Positions 11,390 through 21,795 of a stretch of 64,000 nt of DNA are shown piece after piece. The stretch covers positions 24,104,795-24,168,794 of the forward strand of contig NC_092670.1 of assembly GCF_964355755.1 (NCBI RefSeq), read 5' to 3'. The position numbers were made by a program, and so were the translations under genes. The notes beneath the pieces are model-generated. The model did no database searches. It was not told where the DNA came from and was given only the letters and a program-made list of their open reading frames with translations. The stretch comes from Antedon mediterranea. Lineage: Eukaryota; Animalia; Echinodermata. Numbering within the stretch: position 1 is the stretch's first letter; the number at the start of each line of letters is the position of its first letter.

Positions 11390-14076
11390 ATGGAGGTAAA
11401 TGAAACATCAACAAAGGGTGGACTTGAGAACATCAAACATGTCATCTTGGTGCTGTCTGGCAAAGGCGGAGTTGGTAAAAGTACCGTGGCAACACAGCTT
11501 GCATTGACGTTACGCAATGCTGGCCAGAAGGTTCGTCATATATTCCTTGTAATAATATGTAACAAAAACCTATGATTTTTTAACTATTAGTTACACAGAT
11601 TGGGTTATAATGTTATTACTTTACAAATGCAATTAATAAAATACTGTTACAATTTTTCTTAATTATGGAACCGAATCTTCTATGAATGACCATTCCTCAC
11701 TTATGTTTTACAGGTTGGTATATTAGATGTTGATCTATGTGGGCCTAGTATACCAAGAATGCTAAATGTTCAGGGTAGAGACGTACATCAGTGTTCTGCC
11801 GGGTAAGATTAAATTACTCAATGCAATATACACTTATTTAATCTTGTAGATTTTGGTGTTGGTTGTATGAGGTATGATACAGAAAAGGTTGTAACTGTAA
11901 AAAAAGACTTTACATAGAAGTGCACTATTTCTATAATTTCTTCTGAAAATGCTATAGTAACATTGTCTACTAATTAACATATTCCAGGTGGGTACCTGTG
12001 TATGCAGATGCAGAACAACGACTTAGCGTTATGTCAATTGGCTTTTTGTTAGGTAACAATGATGAGGCTGTTGTCTGGAGAGGACCCAAAAAAAATGGTA
12101 TGTATATATCGCAGTTAAAAGCTCAGGAGTGAGTGAACGAGCGGTTAAGACAATGGATCCGTAATGAAGTGATGTAGCCATAACATCGGCAAGGGTTCAA
12201 GTCTCACCCGCTCCATGGTTCTAGTGCACTTTAAAGAACCTAGTACCTCTTTTGAGACGAGTAGGGGTAACCCCGGTGTACTAATACATCACATCCATAA
12301 TGATCATAACTGGGCCCTCTGAGAGACCAGTCTTTGACTGAAGAGGTCACCCAGTATAAATAAATAATAACAAACCTACTGTAGGATGTTATTAATCATT
12401 TTTTTAATAAATAAAGATGATGTTGTTATCCACTATTTTTTTCATCTATAAAATGGGAATTGAAATAATCAAATATTTTTTTTATTTTTTTTTATAATAG
12501 CAATGATTAAACAATTTCTGACTGATGTGTACTGGGGTCATCTAGATTATCTTATTATTGATACACCGCCAGGTATGTCAAACTCAAGATTAAATTATAC
12601 CTTCAAATTTTTTTTTCCGGATTTCACAGATTTCATACATTTTATTAATTATCACTTGTGTCAATTTTAGAATCAAAGAAACAACCTTTTTTAAAATAAT
12701 TTTTTTGTTTTTGTATCATAGGAACCTCTGATGAACATATTACAGTCATTGAAAATTTACAAGACCTGAAACCAGAGGGCGCTGTGCTTGTAACAACTCC
12801 CCAGGTTGGTAATAATTCTGCAATGGCAAACTTAAAAACACTCCTCATGTTGGTAACAATTCTGCAATGGCAAACATAAAAACACTCCCCAGGTTGGTAA
12901 CAATTCTGCAATGTCAAATTTAAAAATACTCCTCAAGTTGACAAAATTATCCAATTTAAAATTAACACCATTCTATTATGCACCGCATATTATGCAATTA
13001 TTAATGTTCAGTTTGCAAATCATTTGTGTATGATTTATGCCATCTTAGACTCAATAAACATTTTTCTTTATTTTGTAGGGGGTTGCAATCGGTGATGTTA
13101 GACGAGAAATCACATTTTGTCGCAAGACAAAGATTCCAATTATAGGAATTGTTGAAAACATGAGCGGATTTGTTTGTCCTCATTGTGCAGTAAGTAAAGG
13201 GGTTTGGGGTTTCTGTTGCCTGATTTATTATTGTCAGATAGAAAACATATCTACTAAAACTTTTCACAGTTGAATTAAAGACTGAAAAAACGCTTAATAC
13301 AGTATGAGAGGATGGTAAACATATGAAATATAGGGTGAAGTGGCAAGTGCGCTAGGTATTAAACAGTCGATGTATATGTTTTTTGATAGACAAGTGTATA
13401 GTTTTTGTTGACATTTTGTTTTCCAGGAATGTAGCAATGTGTTTTCCAAAGGAGGTGGTGAGGCTTTAGCAAAACAGTGCAATGTTCCATTTTTAGGTAA
13501 ACAAAAAAAACACATAAATTAAATAATGTGGTAGGCTTAATTACTTGTCAATCTACTATGCTTATACTGAATAATGAACAAGTGTAAGCATTAAGCAAAT
13601 TAATTACTATACTAATTAATTTGTGTGTTTTTTTTTAGTGCTTTAAAATTACAAATCAAACTCTTCTACCATTCACTCAAAAGGTTTTAAATTCTGTTGA
13701 GATTCAGCAAACATTGTTTGAATTATGAGTAATGTCACAACCCTAATATATATTTAACCTTTTGTAGTGGGTGTTGATAGTTACTACTATAATAACAATT
13801 GTCCCACTGTACAATATAGTTATTCACAACCCGGATTTTCACATAACTGCATTAGTTACAAATGAGCAATATATACTAGTTATTGTATTTTGCTCTTTAA
13901 AGATTTATGTTTCTTTTCACCTTTTATTTTCAGGTTGTATTCCACTTGATCCTATGCTGGCGAAAACGTTAGAAGACGGACAGAATTTTATAGATTTATT
14001 TCCCGTGTCAAATACTTTGAAATCATTGCAAAATATTGCTGTTATGATCACAGAACAACAAAATATAAGAGACTAA
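11390..14076 (+). CDS. NUBP2: Cytosolic Fe-S cluster assembly factor NUBP2/Cfd1. Coding exons 11390-11530, 11714-11802, 11988-12097, 12501-12572, 12722-12804, 13079-13189, 13427-13496, 13934-14076
   Basis: Motifs [54 protein letters not shown]. No N-terminal Cys cluster, so NUBP2 rather than NUBP1. All introns GT-AG and in phase. Confidence 0.95.
12121..12372 (+). mobile_element. tRNA-derived SINE in NUBP2 intron 3 (related fragment at about 36925-36990)
   Basis: A/B-box-like GAGCGGTTAAG...GGGTTCAAGTC, core GCACTTTAAAGAAC...GAGTAGGGG...CCCCGGT shared with 36925, and an (AAAT)n tail. Confidence 0.65.
12796..12945. repeat. 44-bp tandem repeat (about 3.4 copies) spanning the NUBP2 exon-5 donor site
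   Basis: ACTCCCCAGGTTGGTAA(T/C)AATTCTGCAATGGCAAAC at 12796, 12840, 12884 and a partial copy at 12928. Confidence 0.85.
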
Positions 14077-14479
14077 ATTTTACTGTCTTTCTTGGCATAG
14101 AAATTCAAAGAAATAGGCTGTGCACTGTCGTAATGTCTTACACAGTGTAATAATATAGGCCTACCTACAGCATCTTTGATTAGTAAGTACTTGAAGGTTA
14201 ATGACTTGAAAATACGCATGGATCTTGCTATATTTAGCTTGATTGTTATTTATACATAAATTTCATACCATAATAAATAATAGGCCCATATTTTAATGTT
14301 TTAAAAATGAAACAAGCATATATGCCTACATATGTCTAACAAAATGATAAAATAAAATAAAATGGCTAACTATTGATATACAGCAAAGTTTGACTAATAA
14401 TTTCTCTACTAATGAAGTGAGGGTAGTAGGAGGGTGTGGGTTTATAAATGGGGTTGGAAGGATTAACTACAGTGTAGTT

Positions 14480-15150
14480 GGCGAATGGAATTATGAAAGT
14501 AATTAATTTTAAATTCTTTATTTAACAAAAAACAAATAATAGGCCCATATGTTGTGTTTATCATAATAATGCTTATTGGATTGGATCCCACAATATAGCA
14601 ATAATAAATGATATAGCATAGATAGGCCTCTAAGCATATCATTCAAATACTTAAACTTTGTATTCCTACTTAAACGATAAGAATTAAAGTTCAATCCACA
14701 TTTTGTTTTTGTTTTTAATCCTCTACACCCCACAATCAATTAAAGCACTTGTAATAATTTACCTTTATTGTATAATAACCGGCCCTATTTTATATTTTTG
14801 TACCATTTTAATTATTGGTTATTTATTATATTATATTTTGAAAAAAATTCTTTTTATATAATAGATTAAACGTTAGTTACAAGCAAAATTATATTTTAAG
14901 GTGAATTATGAAAATGATAAAAAATCAAAAACAAAACCATGTTTAATACTGTCTATATACATGTCATGATAACAATTTCTACGGCATATCAAATGATATT
15001 TCATGTTTTGGAAAACGAGTTTCATTTCTCTCGTGTGTTACACAAGTACAGTAAAATAAACTTAATATTTCGATTTTTTTTTTTTTAATTAATATATGTT
15101 TTGTTGGGCGCTAATGGGCTTTCATAGGCTTCTATAGTGACGTCTTTAGA
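14480..15150 (+). pseudogene. Remnant of a third cGLR unit (terminal TM-exon fragment plus 3' flank)
   Basis: 14550-14583 TGTTGTGTTTATCATAATAATGCTTATTGGATTG is identical to the terminal exon region of both cGLRs. 14600-15130 aligns with 20230-21120 and partly with 26732-26960. Confidence 0.75.
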
Positions 15151-15579
15151 AAAAGTGGAGTTGACATAAAAATATACTGTATGTTACAAATGTTTATTTT
15201 GATTCTCTACCAAAAACGGGTCTCGGTTGTAAAAGACTCATTGGGCGCTCCGGAATGAATCGCGGCCGGATTGAAGCCCGGCGCGGCCGGAGTGAAGCGC
15301 GGCGCGGCCGGAGTGATCTGTATCGACATGTACACGTCGGCTAATAATCTGTAAGTAAGCAATACAAATTTTAGGTAGTGTTTTTGGTCGTTTTTCGTAA
15401 TTGATACAACATTATCCAAACTTAATGTTGACATTGCAGTCTTCTCAGTTTTATAATACTGTAGTCACATCGACCAAACAGTAGCATGAAACAGTTTTGT
15501 AGGCTATTGTTGTATCAATGACAGTAGTTGTACTACAACTATCATAGAGTAGTGTGACATGACATATGCATAGACGATC

Positions 15580-15589
15580 GGGAAATTCC
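15580..15589 (+). promoter_or_regulatory. NF-kB (kappaB) consensus site upstream of cGLR-A
   Basis: GGGAAATTCC matches GGGRNWYYCC, about 1.26 kb before the ATG. Function is unproven. Confidence 0.4.
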
Positions 15590-16194
15590 ATGAACCTGCT
15601 GCAATCTCATATTACATTCATATATACTATAGGCCTACTGCTGAAATAATTAAACAAGTTTAATGCTTATTATAGCTTAATATTTATTTACATCAATTTG
15701 TTGAGGAAATTAAATTATATCTATATAAATAGGTATTGATACAGTTTTCAGGTGAAAATGGGCAATTCATTCGCAACTCTTAGAAATTGACAGACACACT
15801 CGACCTACACTCATATTTGACCCTTGTTAATGTACTTCTCAGTTTCAAATTACTATTTATGATATTGTGACGTCACTTCTGCTTTCGAAAATAGTAAAAA
15901 AAATCACTTAGATTAGAAAACATTTCGTTCTAGAGCTATAGAATAATAATTGTTTATGCTGTCTTTGATAAATTAATATTTTTGAAAAAAATCTAATCGA
16001 ATGATTAAATTCTAATCGAAACATTAAATTCGTTGTATCATGACGCCATTTGATTGGACGTGTGCAAATATTATTTAAGCGTATAAGTTATCCCATAGTT
16101 CTAGGCTGAAAAATGTTTAGATTTCTTTTGATTTATGTATGAAAAATGCATTTAACGTCGATCTTTATCGTCCTAACATAAAATAGAAATAAGT

Positions 16195-16710
16195 CTGCAC
16201 TGATGTTTAGTATCTTTTCGTATGTTAATACACTGTGCTCAAGTGGACCCAATTTGGAGCCAGGGGAGCACAGTGATATAACATGTGTATTAACATACGA
16301 AAATATATTAACATTCAATGACTTTTTTCTATTTCATATCACTGTGCTCTCCTGGCGCCAAATTGGGTCCACTTGAGCACAGTGTATTAACATACGAAAA
16401 GATATTAAAATTCAGTGACTTTTTTCAATTTTATATCACTGATCTCCACTGGCTCCAAATTGGGTCCACTTGAGCATAGTGTATTAACATACGAAAAGAT
16501 ATTAAAATTCAGTGACTTTTTCTATTTTATATCACTGATCTCCACTGGCTCCAAATTGGGTCCACTTGAGCACAGTGTATTAACATACGAAAAGATATTA
16601 AAATTCAGTGACTTTTTTCTATTTTATATCACTGTGTGCTCTCCTGGCTCCAAATTGGGTCCACTTGAGCACAGTGTATTAACATACGAAAAGATATTAA
16701 ACTTCAGTGA
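16195..16710. repeat. 96-99 bp tandem repeat (about 4.4 copies) preceded by one inverted copy
   Basis: AGTGTATTAACATACGAAAAGATATT...CCAAATTGGGTCCACTTGAGCAC at 16381, 16478, 16574 and 16673. 16195-16281 is its reverse complement. Confidence 0.9.
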
Positions 16711-16845
16711 CGTAGGAGATCGCAACAAATTTAGATCACGGAAATGCCCCTATGCTTCAGAGTTGAACAAATTGTTTTTATCCTTTGAATCAGGTTAGTA
16801 TTAAAAAGTAAAGTAAATTGCATATTGGTGTAACTTTGAGAAAAC

Positions 16846-19800
16846 ATGGTTGGAAAAGAAGATATTGAACTATCAAGGTATGATTCTTTATCTGTTGAAC
16901 TGGGACGGTACTACGAACGATACGCAACATTTCCAGCTCGTGAAAGAAAGAAAGCGGCTGCAATTGTTGAAAAAATCAAATACCATTTTCTGCAATTCAT
17001 CAAAAAAGAACAAGAAGAATGTAGCAAGCCGTACACATTTGGTAATCTAATGCATCAAGGTAGTAGCTACAAGGCACTGAAAGTGATCAAGCCAGACGAG
17101 TTTGACCTCTTGTTACCACTAATATTGGAGGAGGATGATTGGGAATTGAACACCCTATGGTAAATACAAAGCTCCAGGATATTTCTTCATAAAGGAAATC
17201 GGTGATACCTCAGAATACCCCATTAAAATTGTAGAAAATGGCTACTTAGGTCGTAATCTGGTGAAAAGAAATTTGCAATCGGTTGTACACAGAGCTGTGA
17301 ATCATATGACAGACAGCTGTGACACTGGAGCCACACGTATCACTCTGAAAGTACACGGCCCAGCATTCCCACTTCGGGTTTGGTATGATTTTTACCAAGA
17401 AATGAGCATTGACATCGTCCCAGCAATACGACTTAATGATAGGTTATTTGTTTCAAAACGTCATCCACATGCTACTGACAGTCCCTTGGATTTGTACAAT
17501 AACATGTGGCGTGAGAGTTTTTCTAAACAAGAAAAATATATCATTAAAACTATGGATAGGAAAAAGGAATGTCGCAAGAAGTGTCTAAAAATCCTGAAAA
17601 CAATTCAAATTGTGAATCCATCTGAACAACTTAGATTTCTGAGTTCATATCATCTTAAGACATGCATGTTACATTTAAATAATGAATGTGTTGAGCCGTG
17701 GGATGAAGAATACATCGGCGATCGTTTTAGAGATCTGCTGTTGGTACTTAACACATTCTTAGAACGTGGGGTGATGGAAAGTTTCTTTGATCCTGGTATA
17801 GATCTGTTTGCAGGCCTAAGTGAAGATGGTATACAAAGTACCGGAGGATGGCTTAATAAAATTGTTTCTTCAGATGATCAAATTATTGAACAGTTGTTAC
17901 ATAGGTAAGCATGGTGCCAATTTATATTTTGTTACCTAATCAAATATTGATAGGCCTACCTCAATCAATGGTAAAGTTGATAAACTGAATCACGACACAA
18001 CGTCCAATTCATATACCATCCGACCCACTTCACTGACTGTAATCATATCATTGTATACTGGGCTATTGCGGATACTTTTTTTTTTAAAGAAAACACATAA
18101 TTATTTTATTTTTTAGAGTGAAACAATCAGAATCAGAAAGTCTTGGTAGTCCGGTAAGCACGATTATTTTCTAGGTATATCGCATAAGGCCTACCTAATA
18201 ATAGGTCTATGCATTCCGCCCAGCATTTTAGGCATATTAAATTTGTTCAATATTAACGCTAAAATGAGGGTGAATAAATTATAGCAGTTAGAGAGTGAAG
18301 CCTTGTGAAGATTAAGATTGTCTGACCCTTTTTTATTCATCATCAAGGCTCGTCATTATGCGGATTTGAATACCGCCCCCGGGTAGCATCTTTCTGACGA
18401 AAGAAAATAGAATCTTGATTTTAGAATGTTAACGTCTCTGTTCTATATTTCAGGAGTGGAGAGGTATGATAGATTTGAATATGAACACATATGATGACGG
18501 TAATGCCTTCGTTACTACAATGAATTTAAATAGCAATAATTATAATACAGTTATGGCTTACGGCAAAATAATGGAAATTACCGTCGACATCCGTTATATT
18601 ATTTAATTTGATAATAACAATTTCAGAAGTTTCTTCGTATACTAGTACTAGTGCAGAATCTGAAAGTAACTCATGTGATGAAGGTACTATTCTTTATTTA
18701 ATACAAATTGATATTATATTCCAAAGGCCCATTTACACTAGGACGATAACGATCGACGATAAATAGATAAGCATGCATTTTATTTACATAACACAAAAGA
18801 AATTAGAAGGTTTTTCGTTCTAGAACTAATCATTTATGCTGTCTTTGATAAAAATGATATTTTTAAACTCCAATTAAATAAAAACAATAAAATCATTGTA
18901 TTGTCACGATATTTTTGCTCTTGCTAATCATGACGTCATTTGATTGGTGGACGTGTGAAAGGAAGAATAGATGGTTATTCTCAGTGTTATTCTATAGTTC
19001 TATAATGAAAAGTTTTCATATTTCTTCTGTTTTATGTATTAAACATGCATATTTGTGTCTATTTATCGTCGATCGTTATCGTCCTAGTGTAAATGGGCCT
19101 TAAACCTCGTGTCTGTAATTTGTCGTCGTTTAGTACCAATAAACATTTTTTTTTCTTTTAAGAAGTTTTCTATGATGATCTAGAATCTGAAAGTAACTCA
19201 AGTGTGGAAGGTGATGCTTTATTCACTGAATTTAAATACCAATATAGACTTATAACTGTAGGCCTACATGATTGACAATCATAAATGTTTGTAATTTTTT
19301 TTTCATGTATTCTTTTTTGTATGAAAGTAATTCATTTGAAAAGGTATATAAAAATAATTTTTTTACCACCGTTAAGTTCTTTTTCACTGTAAAAGTACGC
19401 CAGATCTATTAGTGTTCTAGCATTTATTTTCTAAAACTGTTCATTTTTGGCATCTTTAGCACTATGTTCAGAAGATTACAATCCAGCTTATTACGCTCCG
19501 AATGAGGTAAGTACCTGTATTTTAAAAACAAAAAAGTAGGTCTGTAAGCCTTTGTTGATTTTATTTTATTAGATAATAATCACATTTTGATTATGTTAAT
19601 AATAACAATATTACTAATAATTAACCAATGAAAATTATAATGATTTATGATAAACTTAATTTTTAGAAAGTGGATATTGAAGCCCAGCGGCCACTGATCC
19701 ACAAGGGTAGACCTACCGGTAACGCTTTTATCCATATTTTCTCGTTGTTATTACAATCAGAATGTTTCTTTTTGCTCAGATGTACCTTTGAGTAAATTTT

Positions 19801-20093
19801 TCATCTCGTAATATACGTGACGAGAAATTACGAGATTATTGTGAGCCGTGCGCATGCGTAGATCAGTGAGCTAGCGTTTGCTTTGTTGTTTGTACGATTG
19901 ATTTGGTGCAAAGTTAATAAAATTCCAACGTTATTTGAACCTTTTTTAATAATATAAACTGTAATAGTTTCTTTTAATTTTAGTTTACTATATTTCTTTC
20001 AAATGAAGTCAATGGTGTTTTTTTTCAGAGCAAGTGGTGGAAATGAAGAAGCCGACAAAACAAAGATCGTGTGCATGTTGCTTAATTAGTTAA
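16846..20093 (+). pseudogene. cGAS-like receptor copy A (Mab21 NTase), frameshifted at about 17150. Exons 16846-17904, 18117-18153, 18454-18499, 18627-18683, 19163-19210, 19460-19506, 19667-19718, 20029-20093. Ends KKPTKQRSCACCLIS*
   Basis: Motifs QGSSYKALKVIKPDEFDL, SIDIVPAI, WRESFSKQEK, CRKKCLKILK, SSYHLKT. There are 10 nt between W-E and Y-G versus 12 nt in copy B, which shifts the frame. All downstream exons are GT-AG, phase-compatible (2,0,1,1,1,0,1) and stop-free. About 470 aa if repaired. Could be a null allele or an assembly error. Confidence 0.8.
18725..19100. mobile_element. PIF/Harbinger-like MITE in cGLR-A intron 4
   Basis: TIRs of about 43 bp, AGGCCCATTTACACTAGGACGATAACGATCGACGATAAATAGA, with flanks CAA/TAA. 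Absent from the paralogous intron of copy B (about 23625). A decayed relative lies at about 15900-16176. Confidence 0.85.
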
Positions 20094-21795
20094 TTTGTTG
20101 TGTTTATCATAATAATGCTTATTGGATTGTTCCTATACTTTAAATACAAAAGTACCTGACGTGAATAATCTTTACCTGAAACGTTCAGTGTTAAAGCGAC
20201 TTCAAGATTTTTATTTAAAGCCAATTCCCACAAAATAACAATAATGAGTGGGACGCCATAGAGAGGACTCTGAGCATAATCATTAAAATACTTAAAAGTT
20301 GTAGTCCTACTTAAGCGATAAGAATTAAAGTTCAATACACCTTTTTTTATTTTTCAACCAAATAGGAACTTGTAATAATTTACCTTTATTGTATCATAAC
20401 CAGCCATATTTTATATTTTTGTACCATTTTTATTAGGCTATTGGTTATTTATTATATTCTAACAAAACTACTTTTATATAATAAATTAAACGTTAAGCAA
20501 AATGATATTAATAGTATTGTATTATACTTTAATAATTATAATATTTAATTAATAATATTTAAAAATATTTTATTTCCTACTTTATAGGCCTACTTGTTAT
20601 TCCTTATAATATTTCACCTTACTTTTGCTATATACTATACAGAGTCCAGTCTTAATGAATATAGTATTCATATTCATTCATTCAATTTATTTCGGAATCT
20701 CTGGTCTATAGAAAGTAACATTATACGTATAAATAAAAAATAATAAGGTGGAGGTGAATTATGAAACGGATTGATTTTAAATTCTTTATTTAATAAAAAA
20801 CAAAACCATGTTTACTGTCTACATACATCTCATGATAACAATTTCTACGGCATATCAAATGATATTTCATGTTTTGGAAAACGCATTTATCCTATGCAAG
20901 TATACAGTAAAATAAACTTTTAAACGTTTTAAATTAGTTTTACATTATACTTACTTCCCATCCCTGTATTGTTTATTTTCACTTTTGGTTTATTTCGAAC
21001 TTTATTAATTCGAAATTTCAAATTAATAATTCGTTATTTAGAATTATTAATTCGTTATTTCTGAAATTAATATTTTGGTTGGTCCTAATGGGCTTTCGAA
21101 ATATAGTGACCTCCGTAGTGAAAACCGTATAGTACGTACGTATAGTCCTACAATATTCTACGTACGTGATCATTTGTTTAAGCCATGTCCCTCTGGTAAT
21201 AGAAATATTCGATTTTGTTGCAATTGTTTGATAAAGGATGTAAATAAACTCATCCAAAACGTTAATTACGTATATCAAATGAACAAAATAGGCTCACTTT
21301 TTGACAATAGCCCCCTCTCAAAATTATTATTAATATTATTGTTGGAAATCGATGGGATGATGAAGCCACGTAGGTTATTTCATCAGCGTACAAAGTTGAT
21401 ATAAAAATGTAGTAGAAGCCGTACGTGTTTTTGTTTGATTTTCGTAATAATTATACGTATTAATTATCCGACGTAGTGTTGACGTGTTGTTTTTATTATT
21501 GTGAAGTCAATCAATTAAACAGTATATCGTAGGTATTATTTGCAGTTTATGTCCACTCATTGTAAATTCCCTAATACGACCTAACGTCACTAGTCGGACC
21601 TGTCAGTTAATGGTTGGGTTAAGAGCGTATCCAAAAAGCTACATCAAATTAATATGCAACTTCAGGGTGCAACTTCAGGTGATAATATTCTAATTCTCAT
21701 CCGCCCAAGCAGTTTCCTATCCAGTTCCATGTCTAAATGTACACATTTCCACTCGCCCTAATTGCATATAATTACGTTTTTGGTTAGGGGAGAAG

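Noticed and set aside
16415-16798. 127-aa repeat ORF as an N-terminal exon of cGLR-A
   Set aside because: It is just the translation of the 96-bp tandem repeat, starts at GTG and ends in a stop before the cGLR ATG
17160-17249. Small intron rescuing the cGLR-A frameshift
   Set aside because: GT at 17160 to AG at 17177 is only 18 nt; splicing to AG 17249 hits TAA immediately; and the region is homologous to coding sequence in copy B
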